Positions 1 through 10,254 of a DNA stretch of 64,000 nt are shown in pieces. Location of the stretch: the NCBI GenBank assembly GCA_963662545.2, contig CAXXLL010000002.1, positions 1,952,001-2,016,000 of the forward strand. The letters are read 5' to 3'. A program made the translations under genes and the position numbers. Source of the stretch: Gammaproteobacteria bacterium (GTDB taxonomy: Bacteria; Pseudomonadota; Gammaproteobacteria; Ga0077536). The first letter of the stretch is position 1. Every line of letters starts with the position of its first letter. The notes beneath the pieces are model-generated. The model saw only the letters and a program-made list of their open reading frames with translations. It was not told the origin of the DNA and made no database searches.

Positions 1-68
1 AACAGGCGCAAGACCCCTAAACGGCCTACCAGGCCCGTTTTCGACAAGTTCCCGTCGGCTGTCATCAT
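1..68 (-). CDS. 5' end of a divergent CDS running off the window (MMTADGNLSKTGLVGRLGVLRL...)
   Basis: ATG ATG at 68/65 on minus strand, open to the window edge; no motif recognised. Confidence 0.3.
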   Translation of the reverse strand, partial: MMTADGNLSKTGLVGRLGVLRL

Positions 69-334
69 CGCGTCACGGATAATACACTTAGGAGCCCGTC
101 GGGCGTAGGGCGAAAATACTCGGCAACTGCTATGGCCTTGCGCCACCTCCGACTTCCATGCGGTCGAGCGGCGGTGGGAAATCGGTCCATCTTTTCGATA
201 ACGGGTTCTAATTACTCACCACTATTCCGCTCAAATGATCGAAAAGCACGCCTCGATTTCGCACTCGCCTCGCCACGGCTTCCCAAGCCATACGGGATCC
301 TAGGTACGGCCGCCAACCAGCTCGACCCGGCATC

Positions 335-1609
335 GTGAGCACCCGCTTTTCCGAATTTGCGCAGCGCTTCATCGGGCCGACTGGGACACGGCTGCTCATG
401 GACGATCTGGGCGAAGTCCTGTCCAGCGATCGCGATCTGTGCAATCTCGGGGGTGGCAATCCCGCGCAAATTCCTGCCATGCAGACGATTTTCCGCGACC
501 GACTGCATCAAATCATCGACGCGGGGTCATTCGACCGACTGGCCGGTAGCTATGACGGCCCCCAGGGTCACCTCCCTTTGCTGAGGGCTATCGCCGATTT
601 GTTGAATCGCGAATACGGTTGGGGGATCTCCGCCGATAACGTGGCGATGACCGTGGGGAGCCAGTCCAGTTTTTTCATTCTCTTCAACCTACTTAGCGGG
701 AAGTGCGGTGACGGACGGCGACGGCGGATCCAACTGCCCCTGACACCTGAATATATCGGATATGCAGATATTGCCGTCGAGCCGTATGCTATTCAGGCAA
801 CTCGACCCGCGATTGATTTCCTCGACGATCACATCTTTAAATACCGGGTCGATTTCGATCGATTTGCCATCGATGATTCGACTGGCGCCGTGTGTGTAAG
901 CCGCCCGACCAATCCGACCGGGAATGTGCTGTCCGAAGATGAAATGTCGAGGCTCATGAAATTGACGCGCGACGCCGGTGTGCCGTTCATCATCGACAAC
1001 GCCTATGGCGTGCCTTTCCCTAATATTGTGTTCTCGGATGCGCGCCCGATTTTCGACGATCACGTCATCTACTGCATGAGCCTGTCCAAGCTCGGCCTGC
1101 CGGGTATGCGCACGGGAATAGTCATTGCCAGCAGCGAGATCATCGAGGCGGTGCGTAGCATGAACGCCATATTCAGTCTTGCGACTGGGAGCCTCGGCGC
1201 CGGCATTGTTACGCCGCTGGTGGCCAGCGGGGAAATCCTGCAACTCAGCCGCGAGGTGATACAGCCCTTTTATCGCTCGCGCGTCGAACAAGCCGTGTCC
1301 TGGTGTCACGACCAACTCGAGGGACTGGACTATTTTATTCACAAACCCGAAGGCGCGATTTTTCTATGGTTGTGGTTTCCGCGCCTACCGATCACTGCCG
1401 CGCGCTTGTACGCACGCCTCAAGGAGCGAAACGTACTCGTCATTCCCGGGAATTATTTCTTCCCCGGATTGAACGAATCATGGGAGCACATGCACGAATG
1501 CATACGGATATCGTACGCACGGTCGGCTGAACAAGTCGAGCACGGTATTCGCATCATCGCCGATGAGGTCCGGCAGGCGTTCCGCGGCGCGCAAAATGGA
1601 AAGTCCTAG
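335..1609 (+). CDS. avtA: Valine--pyruvate aminotransferase (PLP class I/II)
   Basis: GGGNPAQIP N-terminal motif, SRPTNPTGN, IDNAYG, SLSKLGLPG PLP-lysine motif. Confidence 0.9.
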   Translation: MSTRFSEFAQRFIGPTGTRLLMDDLGEVLSSDRDLCNLGGGNPAQIPAMQTIFRDRLHQIIDAGSFDRLAGSYDGPQGHLPLLRAIADLLNREYGWGISADNVAMTVGSQSSFFILFNLLSGKCGDGRRRRIQLPLTPEYIGYADIAVEPYAIQATRPAIDFLDDHIFKYRVDFDRFAIDDSTGAVCVSRPTNPTGNVLSEDEMSRLMKLTRDAGVPFIIDNAYGVPFPNIVFSDARPIFDDHVIYCMSLSKLGLPGMRTGIVIASSEIIEAVRSMNAIFSLATGSLGAGIVTPLVASGEILQLSREVIQPFYRSRVEQAVSWCHDQLEGLDYFIHKPEGAIFLWLWFPRLPITAARLYARLKERNVLVIPGNYFFPGLNESWEHMHECIRISYARSAEQVEHGIRIIADEVRQAFRGAQNGKS

Positions 1610-1610
1610 A

Positions 1611-2486
1611 ATGACCGGGCACACGATACGCCGTATTGGTCACCGCGAGGTCTTTGCGGTCGGGCTCGGTGGCATGCCGGCTTCGATCGCCGGTCGGCCT
1701 GAACACGCCACCGCCATCGAGTTGATCAGCCGTTTTGTCGAACTCGGAGGAAACTTCATCGACACGGCGAACGTATATTGCGTGGATGACGAAGACCTCG
1801 GGCACAACGAGCGGCTGATACGTGAAGCATTGTCCGCCGTTGCGGATCGGGATGCCATCATGGTGGCTACGAAAGGCGGGATGCGCAGACCGGGTGGTCG
1901 CTGGATCACGGACGCTCGTCCCGATTGGTTGCGAGCATCGTGCGAACGATCGTTGAGTGATCTTGGGGTCGATCGCATCGACCTCTATCAACTGCATGCA
2001 ATCGACCCAAAGGTAACGCTGGACGAAAGCATCGGGGAACTTTTGCGCCTGGTCGAGGAAGGCAAGATCGCGGCAATTGGTATTTCAAATGTCGGCCTCG
2101 AGTCCTTGAAACGTGCTGCCTCCATCGCGCCCATCGTCTCCGTACAAAACCGCTGTAGCATTTTCTGCAAACGAGATTTTCATAATGGCGTAATCGATTA
2201 TTGCGCAGCTGCCGCCATCAGCTACATTGCGCATAGTCCCCTGGGCGGGTATCGCAGCTACGCACGCACGGGTGAGAATGAAATGATCAATCGGATAGCA
2301 TACGAACACGGGACATCGCCATACCAGGTCGCGCTTGCCTGGCTGCTGCGCGAGGCGTCGCAACTGATTGCGATTCCAGGAGCCCGGCGAACGGTAAGCG
2401 TCGAGGACAGTCATGCGGCGGTGGACTTGACGCTCAAGGAGTCGGAACGCGCTGTACTCGCTCAAATTCCCGACCGGACCGTGTGA
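1611..2486 (+). CDS. Aldo/keto reductase
   Basis: GLGGM, FIDTANVY, ATKGG, IDLYQLH, IGISN, IPGAR; start at ATG 1611 or 1596. Confidence 0.9.
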   Translation: MTGHTIRRIGHREVFAVGLGGMPASIAGRPEHATAIELISRFVELGGNFIDTANVYCVDDEDLGHNERLIREALSAVADRDAIMVATKGGMRRPGGRWITDARPDWLRASCERSLSDLGVDRIDLYQLHAIDPKVTLDESIGELLRLVEEGKIAAIGISNVGLESLKRAASIAPIVSVQNRCSIFCKRDFHNGVIDYCAAAAISYIAHSPLGGYRSYARTGENEMINRIAYEHGTSPYQVALAWLLREASQLIAIPGARRTVSVEDSHAAVDLTLKESERAVLAQIPDRTV

Positions 2487-2534
2487 GCGCGCGAATTGTT
2501 CATGAGGACCGGGAATGCTCGATAAATAGGCGCG

Positions 2535-3521
2535 CTAGATTAGAGAAAATAGACTGCTGCTTTGCCCAAACATCCGTTCCAGTATCGACTTCTTGCGTGC
2601 CGCCCTGACCTGAAAGACGTCCACCTCGGCGGCCTTTGCGCATAAATAATCGTCACTCGTCGAGATTCGATCGATAAGTCCTAATTCAAGGGCCCGCGTA
2701 CCGAACCAGTGCTCACCGGTCGCCACACGTTCCAGGTTTAATTCGGGCCGTTGCACGGCGATGAATTCCTTGAACAAGGTATGTGCGTCCTCGATTTCTT
2801 CCTGATACTTCTGGCGATCCTCGTCCGTATTCTCTCCAAACAGAGTGAGGGTTCGCTTGTACTTGCCAGCGGTAATCTGCTCGAAATCGATATCGTGCTT
2901 CTTGAGCAGGCGACTGAAATTCGGAAGCTGTGCTATGACGCCAATCGAGCCAATGATCGCAAATGGAGCAGCGATGATTTCGTCCGCAACACAGGCCATC
3001 ATGTAGCCGCCGCTCGCAGCGACCTTGTCGACGATGACGGTCAGGCGCAAGCCCTTATCTCTTATCCGACGAAGCTGCGAGGACGCGAGACCGTAGCCAT
3101 GCACCGTGCCGCCTGAGCTTTCCAATATGACGGCGACTTCGTCCCCTTCGGCTGCCACCGATAATATTGCGGTTATTTCCTCGCGCAGGGTGGACACGGC
3201 ATGCGCGCGAATATCGCCGGTAAATTCACACACGAAAATTCGCGTTCTAGTATCCGTGGATTCCAGACGGGCTTTGTTTTCCTTTTTGACCTGCTTAATG
3301 CGCTTTTTGAATTCCTTCGGCTGCATTAAGACCGACTCTAGGGCCAACGAGGTTTCGAGAAGCTTGTCGTTTAGTTTACGGATCTCGATCGGCGTTTCAG
3401 CGAGATGCCGGCGCCGCGATTGAATCAAGACAAGGGCGATGAAGAGCGGTATCGCGATGATGGCGACAACGGTGATCAATTTTGCGGCGAAAAGACCGTA
3501 ATCGAAGAAATATTCCATCAA
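2535..3521 (-). CDS. sohB: Protease SohB (S49)
   Basis: N-terminal TM, ESSGGTVHGYGLASSQL, VDKVAASGGYMMACVA, TAGKYKRTLT. Confidence 0.93.
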   Translation of the reverse strand: MMEYFFDYGLFAAKLITVVAIIAIPLFIALVLIQSRRRHLAETPIEIRKLNDKLLETSLALESVLMQPKEFKKRIKQVKKENKARLESTDTRTRIFVCEFTGDIRAHAVSTLREEITAILSVAAEGDEVAVILESSGGTVHGYGLASSQLRRIRDKGLRLTVIVDKVAASGGYMMACVADEIIAAPFAIIGSIGVIAQLPNFSRLLKKHDIDFEQITAGKYKRTLTLFGENTDEDRQKYQEEIEDAHTLFKEFIAVQRPELNLERVATGEHWFGTRALELGLIDRISTSDDYLCAKAAEVDVFQVRAARKKSILERMFGQSSSLFSLI

Positions 3522-3944
3522 CGGGGGACCCGGTTATCGTTTCGGTAAATCGTGAAACCGCAGTATATGGAGATGTAAGAACTTCGGCGTTCGCTCGCGC
3601 GACGCTAGGCCGAGCGCATCGTATTATACTCAGCCGCCATCTCAACGGCGGATATTACCTGTATCGAGCGATACAGGAAGATGCTATCGCCGTCCTGCTA
3701 AACTTTAAAAAAAATCTCGCTGGAAATAGGGGAACTGCTTGCTAGGTGGATTGATTTGCAGGATGCACGGCAACGGGCAGCGAGCCGACGCGATCACGTG
3801 TCGGCTCAGTATGATATCGACGGATGAGTCCTGTAATGCGGACTGGTCCCTTGCCGCATCATTAGCCCGCAGCGCATTAAAGAGGGGTTAATGACGGCGG
3901 GTTGATGCCGGCACGACCCGAACCTCCGCTAAGCGAAGTTCGGG

Positions 3945-4385
3945 CTAGTTGTCTCTGCTCCGGCATGAACGAAGGTAACACTCGGTATAACAGATGCGCT
4001 CGACGATTCGCGCGCGTGTCGCGTCATCCGGGGAAGCGAGCCACAGGCCGATTTCGAAGCCCTCTGTTTCCTCCCGAACCATGACCACGGTACCGGCGAA
4101 GCGTTGTATATCGCCGCGTAACGGGATCTCGAGTTCAATGCGGGTTCCCGCTGGAATGTATTTCGCTGAATGAAAGCTCAGGCCGAGGTCCCCCGAAGTG
4201 GAGTCCGTCTGCCGGTTGCGCCAGGTGAACATATTACGTCGCCGGTACCGGATCGGAAATTGTGCAGGGTGCGGAATGAAATCATTCCGCACTGCGTCGA
4301 AACGCGCACGGTTGTACGCCTGCACAGGATTGGGCATTAGATAATCATCATCACCAATAGCACGATGGCTTGTGTTCATGTGCAT
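3945..4385 (-). CDS. PilZ-domain protein with degenerate c-di-GMP motifs
   Basis: FIPHP..FPI, GLSFHS...IPAGTRIELEIP...GTVV...FEIGL...RARIVERICY pattern. Confidence 0.7.
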   Translation of the reverse strand: MHMNTSHRAIGDDDYLMPNPVQAYNRARFDAVRNDFIPHPAQFPIRYRRRNMFTWRNRQTDSTSGDLGLSFHSAKYIPAGTRIELEIPLRGDIQRFAGTVVMVREETEGFEIGLWLASPDDATRARIVERICYTECYLRSCRSRDN

Positions 4386-4440
4386 GGTCCAGACCCCGCA
4401 AATCTATATCTACAATGTTTTTAATAAGTTGTGGGGTGTA

Positions 4441-4469
4441 TTTATAGTTAATTCTACTTTTTATGTCAA
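4441..4469 (-). promoter_or_regulatory. Near-consensus sigma70 promoter for the PilZ gene
   Basis: Minus strand TTGACA-N17-TATAAA in an AT-rich tract about 55 bp upstream of the ATG. Confidence 0.75.
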
Positions 4470-4580
4470 GAAAACCTCCAATAATTCATAGAATTGAGGT
4501 GTACACCTGATATTTCGCATTAGAAATAGGCTGGGACGGACGATTGAACACGGCCCTGCGCGGAAAGTTCGCCTTTACGA

Positions 4581-5417
4581 TCAGAGTCTTGCGCTAACGT
4601 CTAACCAGGTGCCCACGAGTTCGATCGTATTGCCGTCCCCGCCATGGACGGCACGAACCGAATCCACCACCGTCAGATAATTGCCGTCGCGGTGACGGAC
4701 TCGGTATTCGAACACGGCGTAGGTTTCCTCGCCGTTGAGAAGACTGTCGATGATGCTGCGATACATCGTACGATTGTCAGGATGTATCAAATCGCCCCAG
4801 AATTCGGGTTCGATGACCGCGGCCGTCCGTTCGAATCCGGTAAGACTGTGGAAATTTTTGCTGATGTAACTGGGTCGCAGCACACCGTCTTCATAGGAAT
4901 TGCTGTAGAGCACTGCCGGACTAAACTCCACCCAGTACTCGAGTAACTCGTTGGCTTCGTCGAGATCTTGGACTTTTTCGTCGAGCTCCGCGTTCGTCCT
5001 TGCCAGCTGTTCGCGTAAGGCCCGTTCACTCCGGACCAGCCGAAAATAATCCGCGGCTTCCGTTACCGCTTGCACGAGTGCTTCCGATTTCCACGGTTTG
5101 CGCACGAAACGGTAGACTTTGCCGTCATGCAGGGCGGCGATCGCAACATCCTGGTCGTCCAGCGCCGTCACCATGACACCGATTGCATCCGGCCAACGCT
5201 GCTTGATGGTTTGTAATAACTCGACACCGTCCATATCGGGCATGATGTAATCGGTGACGACTACCGCGTACGGACCCGATTTCTCCATGGCTTCAAGGGC
5301 AGAGCTCGCGCTGCTCACGAAGGTACAATCGAAATCACCCGACAGCTGCCGTTCCATCAAAGATGTTGCGTCGATTTGATCATCGACGCACAGAATTTTG
5401 ATGTCTCGATTAGCCAT
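4581..5417 (-). CDS. Response regulator: REC + coiled coil + PAS, no output domain
   Basis: ILCVDD, VVTDYIMPDMDG, RFVRKPW; PAS motifs IHPD..R and EYRVRHRDG. Confidence 0.85.
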   Translation of the reverse strand: MANRDIKILCVDDQIDATSLMERQLSGDFDCTFVSSASSALEAMEKSGPYAVVVTDYIMPDMDGVELLQTIKQRWPDAIGVMVTALDDQDVAIAALHDGKVYRFVRKPWKSEALVQAVTEAADYFRLVRSERALREQLARTNAELDEKVQDLDEANELLEYWVEFSPAVLYSNSYEDGVLRPSYISKNFHSLTGFERTAAVIEPEFWGDLIHPDNRTMYRSIIDSLLNGEETYAVFEYRVRHRDGNYLTVVDSVRAVHGGDGNTIELVGTWLDVSARL

Positions 5418-5965
5418 GGTCGTGCGCGTTTATCATACGTTCACACTATCGGTTGCGGCCTTGATCGCTTTTTTTGTGTGGCCGGATCGCGTTGATCGGA
5501 TTCGAGTCTGTCTATCTTAACCATATCGGACCCGCTTTGGCGCCGCGCGCTTTCCGTCGGCGCCAGACGTGAAAAACCTGCCATGACCGGTGCTCGCACG
5601 GCCTTATTCAAGTCTGTTCTACGCACTGGTTGACGGCGGCGGATGACGGTCCGGCAGTTCGATATTGACGATACGATTCGAGCGGCATGGCAATCTTAGG
5701 CCACATCGAACTCGCCGTTTCGCGCAGCCTTTCGCGACTCTCCAACTGGAACTTCCTGCAGACAATTGCACGGGTAGGCGTGTCGTGCTGAGGCGCGCAG
5801 TGCGTGATAAGCTGGACGAGGTCAGGAGTTCGGTCATTGATTTCGACGCTTGTTAGCGGTAATCGAGCATCCCTTGCGCGGCGTAAGCTAGGGCGGGTCC
5901 ACCTGACACGCTGGTGAAAAACAGGGTTTTTCACCAGCGTCCTAATAGACCCATTGGAGGCCACG

Positions 5966-6721
5966 ATGAGAATGAACAAGGCCTGGCCCGTCGTGGTCAT
6001 CAGCGCCATCGGATTTTTTCCGCCAGCAGTTCTTGCGGATTGGACCGACTGGCTCAACGTCATTACGGGGGACGGCAAACAAGAAGCGGGCGCGGGCGCG
6101 GGCGCCGTCGCGGCACTGGCCGACAGCGAGATTGCGGACGGTCTGCGGGCGGCGCTGGAGAAGGGAGTCATGAGCGCCGTTGAACGGTTGGGCGCCGAAG
6201 ACGGCTTCCTCGCCAACACCAAGGTTCGTATTCCAGTACCCAAATCCCTCGAACTCATCCAGGATGGCTTGCGCACCATGGGGCGCGCCGACATCGCCGA
6301 CGATTTCGTAGAGAGCATGAACAAGGCCGCAGAACGTGCAGTGCCCGAGGCTACAACGGTTTTCACCGGAGCGATCAGGAAAATGACCATCGCCGACGCG
6401 CGCGGCATTCTCGATGGCGGGGAAACGGCGGCGACGGAATACCTGCAGCGAACGAGCAAAGACGAGTTGCGGGACCGATTCACCCCTATCGTCGACGGCG
6501 CCGTCAGGGAAGCCGGCGCGACCCGATCCTACCAAATGCTCCTGGATAAAGCCGGACTCCTTGGAAAATTCGTGAACACCGACAAACTCAATCTCACGGA
6601 TTACGTGACCGACAAGGCGCTCGACGGCATTTATCTCATGATCGGTCAGGAAGAAAAGAAAATTCGCGCAAATCCGGCGGCGCGTTCGACCGAGCTGTTG
6701 AAGAAAGTTTTTGGCAGTTGA
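5966..6721 (+). CDS. DUF4197 family exported protein
   Basis: Signal peptide; GLRAALEKG, LGAEDGF, SMNKAAERAVP, EEKKIRANP..R..ELLKKVFG; GGAGG RBS. Confidence 0.88.
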   Translation: MRMNKAWPVVVISAIGFFPPAVLADWTDWLNVITGDGKQEAGAGAGAVAALADSEIADGLRAALEKGVMSAVERLGAEDGFLANTKVRIPVPKSLELIQDGLRTMGRADIADDFVESMNKAAERAVPEATTVFTGAIRKMTIADARGILDGGETAATEYLQRTSKDELRDRFTPIVDGAVREAGATRSYQMLLDKAGLLGKFVNTDKLNLTDYVTDKALDGIYLMIGQEEKKIRANPAARSTELLKKVFGS

Positions 6722-6755
6722 ATGCCGCCTGATGGAGAGTGAAACGAGCAGGCGG

Positions 6756-7574
6756 TCAAGTCGGCATCGGGTGCCAGCCTGCGTCAGCCCAGAGCTGACC
6801 ACTAACGGCTGAATTTCTGATCAGAAAACAAATGGCGTCTGCAATTTCCTCGGGTCGAATCAAGCGTTTGATCTGCGTGGCCGGCAATACCTGGGTTTCG
6901 ATGTAATCATCGCCCAAGGCACGCACCATCGGTGTATCGGTGAATCCCGGGTGGATCACCGCGCACCGCACGCCGTAATACATGGCCTCTTTCATGAGGG
7001 TTGATGCGGCGCCCTCGAGACCGACCTTGGTCGTCGCATAGGAAATTTGCCCCTTGTTGCCCTGCGAAGAAACGGAGCCGATGAAGATGATGGCACCCTG
7101 CGTGCCTTCTTCCGGACCCCATTGTTTGAGTCCGCGGGTGAATCTGTCCTCGGCCATCTGCGCAATGGTTTCCAGCGCCCAGTAAATTGGGGCGATGAGG
7201 TTCACTTCCACGACCTGGCGAAAGTTTTCTATGGGGTAGAGTTTCGCTTTACCACGATTCTTATTCATTTTGACAGCGAGGTCGTCGCGGGTAATACCGG
7301 CCGCCGGCACGCAGATATTGACGGGGCCATACTCGCGGCGCATGGTTTCGAAGACCTCGTGGCGAAAGATCTCGTCGGTGGTATCGCCCTGGAATGCGCG
7401 GACCGCGCGCCCGCCGTTCAAGGCACTCAATTCCGCGGCGGTCTCGTCTACCGAGTCGGACACGTCGACCAAGACCAAAGCACTCACGCCGTATTTGTAG
7501 AGTTCTTTCGCCGCGGCTCTCCCGATACCGCTGGCTGCTCCGGTGACTACGGCAATTTTTCCTTTGATTTCCAT
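6756..7574 (-). CDS. SDR family oxidoreductase
   Basis: TGAASGIG, AGITRD, YATTK, PGFTDTPM. Confidence 0.9.
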   Translation of the reverse strand: MEIKGKIAVVTGAASGIGRAAAKELYKYGVSALVLVDVSDSVDETAAELSALNGGRAVRAFQGDTTDEIFRHEVFETMRREYGPVNICVPAAGITRDDLAVKMNKNRGKAKLYPIENFRQVVEVNLIAPIYWALETIAQMAEDRFTRGLKQWGPEEGTQGAIIFIGSVSSQGNKGQISYATTKVGLEGAASTLMKEAMYYGVRCAVIHPGFTDTPMVRALGDDYIETQVLPATQIKRLIRPEEIADAICFLIRNSAVSGQLWADAGWHPMPT

Positions 7575-7721
7575 CGCTTACCCCAGAAGTAGTCAAGCTT
7601 GCTCAAGCCCATTATAGTCGCATTATTGTGCACTGCAATATTCACCGTGCGAACGAACTGACAGGGCGGAAACCGAGCGCACCATCAGCATGTTCGTGCA
7701 TCGGCTACCACTCGGTGAACC

Positions 7722-8753
7722 TTGAGAAAGGCGACCATTTCCGTGCTTGATACGCCCCTCGATCTGTCCACCTGTCCAGCACTGGACGCAAGCCGCGAAT
7801 ACTCGAATGCACTCGTCCAACGGGCGCGTGAGGCCCTGACTGCGACGGCTCCAAATCTCGAACACCTCGAGACTATCGCGGTTTGCGGCTCGCTCGGCCG
7901 CCTCGAGGCCAATTCCTCCTCGGATATCGATTGCATCATCGTCGTCAATGGACCGACCGGGACCGCTGAGTCCGATGCACTCGCCGAACGCATTTCACAA
8001 GTGCTCAGTCCGCTCGAACTCAAGGCGTCCAAGCCGTGGGGCATTTATCGCGAACCCATAAGCACCGCATCGCTACTCGATACCGCCGCGCTAGGGAGCC
8101 TCGAAGAGCGCGCCGAAGTATTCGGCAAACGGTTGCAACTGCTGCTAGATGCGCGACCACTATTGCACGAGAAAGCTTTCACACGCCTGCAGGCGCGCGT
8201 TGTCGACTGGTACGCAACGGGATTTCTCGATGTAAATCCAGGCAGTAGCTGGACCTATTTGATCAACGATTTAATGCGGTATCTGCATTCTTATGCGGCG
8301 TGGCAGCAGTACAAGTTCGAAAGGACGAACGACGACAGCTGGCAATTGCGCCAGGCGAAATTTCGCAGCACCCGGCTCGTGACGCTGGCGGGGCTGCTCG
8401 TGCTGCTGGGTGAAAGTAACCACGATATCGGTAAACGGGACTGGTTGAACGATCGCCTCGCATATTCGCCCCTGGAAAGGCTGGCGCTGGTGATGAACAA
8501 GTATGATCGCAGCGCTTTCGATGAATTCTTGGACGCATATGAAGTCATTCATCGTCTGATCAGTGATCGGGCGATACGCGATGAATTATTGACGACCGGT
8601 CCAGATTCAATCGCCACACTCGCTCGAGAGCCATTGCGGGCTTACGCGCAAATACACGAAGTGTCCGGGAACATCATCCAAGTGCTTACGCGTTTCATTC
8701 TTGCCCGTCAGGCAGACTGGGATCCGCGATTCTACGAGCGTTTGATCTTTTAA
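7722..8753 (+). CDS. Pol-beta-superfamily nucleotidyltransferase with helical C-terminal domain
   Basis: GSLGRLEANSSSDIDCII matches hG[GS]x9-13DhD; C-terminal LINDLMRY and W.LR..KFR..R. Confidence 0.75.
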   Translation: MRKATISVLDTPLDLSTCPALDASREYSNALVQRAREALTATAPNLEHLETIAVCGSLGRLEANSSSDIDCIIVVNGPTGTAESDALAERISQVLSPLELKASKPWGIYREPISTASLLDTAALGSLEERAEVFGKRLQLLLDARPLLHEKAFTRLQARVVDWYATGFLDVNPGSSWTYLINDLMRYLHSYAAWQQYKFERTNDDSWQLRQAKFRSTRLVTLAGLLVLLGESNHDIGKRDWLNDRLAYSPLERLALVMNKYDRSAFDEFLDAYEVIHRLISDRAIRDELLTTGPDSIATLAREPLRAYAQIHEVSGNIIQVLTRFILARQADWDPRFYERLIF

Positions 8754-8760
8754 GCGGCTG

Positions 8761-8993
8761 TTAGCAGCCTGTCGGATTTAGGGAATCGTAGCGAGGCAGT
8801 TGGGCGAGCGGGCTGAGAGGTGCCATGATTTGACGCGAACAGTCGGGCTATTCAATGAAAAATTCGTCGGGAACGAATTTTCGCGACAGCCCCATAGGGG
8901 TGAAGCGCAGGGATACGCTGAACAAATTCATGCCGCATCTGAACCGCTATCCCAACGCCCAAGTCAATTCTCCTAAGTCAGACAAGCTGCCAA
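8761..8993. mobile_element. Degenerate MITE-like element, family D
   Basis: Ends TTAG-CAGCCTGTCGGATTTAGGGA ... TCCTAAGTCAGACAAGCTG-CCAA are imperfect inverted repeats; lies between convergent genes. Confidence 0.65.
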
Positions 8994-9000
8994 GTTCAGT

Positions 9001-10248
9001 TCAATCGTAGTGAATAGCCCGGGCCGGATCGATCGATGCGGCACGAATGGCCGGATAAATGGTGGCGGTTACGGATAAAAAGAGGCTGGCGATAGCGACC
9101 ATGGCAATATCTCCGAAGTGGAGATCGGCCGGCAGGTAATCGATGAAGTAGACCTCGGAGTTGATCAAGTCGACATCGAGTGCCGCTTCGATGAACTTTG
9201 CGACGGAATTGCTCTCAGCTGCGCCCAAGGCACCCAGGATCGCACCGATAACGACACCCGCGGCACCGAGGATTAATCCCTGTAGCAGGAAGAGAATAAC
9301 GACGTCGAATCGGCTGGCTCCCATGGTACGAAGTATCGCAATATCAGGGATCTTCTCCGTCACCACCATGATCATGTTCGCCGCAATATTGAACGCGGCA
9401 ACGGCGATGATAAGAATGAGAATTACGAACATGATGCGTTTCTGTGATTCCAGCGCTAGAAAAAAATTCTGGTAGTACTGGGTCCAATCGATCGCCAAAA
9501 ACTCCGGCCCGAGCGAAAGAGCAATCGTGCGCGCCGCCTCGGGCGCGATCGATGCGTGTTCGAAGCGTAGCCTCACGCCCGACACGGCATCTCCCAGCCG
9601 AAAAATGCGGCGCGCCTCGTCGAGTGAGGCCAACATCAACGCCGAATCGAATTGATGCATACCGACGTGAAAGATCCCTGCGACCACCAGGCGTTCGTAT
9701 CGCGGCGCAACGGCATTGCCACCGCTATCCCATATCGGGACCAGCAGCGTTACCGTGTCTCCGGTTTGTGCCCGCAGGTCGCGCGCCAGGCTCGCGCCAA
9801 GGAGCACACGACCCGGCCCTGAGCTAAGCGTACCGATTTCGGCTGCGGACAAATAATTCTCTAGATCGGTGACCCTCATTTCGCGCAACGGAACGATACC
9901 TTCTACCACCGCGCCCTTAACCTTACCCTTGTGGCTTAACATGCCGCTTGCCCTCACGTAAGGGCTGGTGGCGACGACTCGCGGATCCTGCCGAATTCGA
10001 TCGTCTATCGCCTCCCAATCGCTGATCGCCGACCCTTGCTGCACGATAACCGCATGGGCTGTCATGCCAAGGACGTGCCGCGTGACTTCGCGTTCGAACC
10101 CGTTCATCACTGAAAGAACGATAACCAAGGCGGCAACCCCGATCGCAATCCCGGCGATGGAGACGATGGACACGAATGATGCGAACCTATTTCGCCGTTT
10201 GGAGCACATGTAACGGGCAGCCGTAAACAGCGTAAAAGGTTGATACAT
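9001..10248 (-). CDS. Lipoprotein-releasing ABC transporter permease (LolC/LolE family)
   Basis: IAIGVAALVIVLSVMNGFE, IIAVAAFNI, IAILRTMGAS, YFIDYLP, TIYPAIRAA. Confidence 0.92.
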   Translation of the reverse strand: MYQPFTLFTAARYMCSKRRNRFASFVSIVSIAGIAIGVAALVIVLSVMNGFEREVTRHVLGMTAHAVIVQQGSAISDWEAIDDRIRQDPRVVATSPYVRASGMLSHKGKVKGAVVEGIVPLREMRVTDLENYLSAAEIGTLSSGPGRVLLGASLARDLRAQTGDTVTLLVPIWDSGGNAVAPRYERLVVAGIFHVGMHQFDSALMLASLDEARRIFRLGDAVSGVRLRFEHASIAPEAARTIALSLGPEFLAIDWTQYYQNFFLALESQKRIMFVILILIIAVAAFNIAANMIMVVTEKIPDIAILRTMGASRFDVVILFLLQGLILGAAGVVIGAILGALGAAESNSVAKFIEAALDVDLINSEVYFIDYLPADLHFGDIAMVAIASLFLSVTATIYPAIRAASIDPARAIHYD

Positions 10249-10254
10249 ACTTAG

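Noticed and set aside
3820-3850. GATGAGTCC...GGAC resembling a hammerhead ribozyme stem II
   Set aside because: The core reads CGGATGA rather than CTGATGA, and the required GAAA after GGAC is missing.
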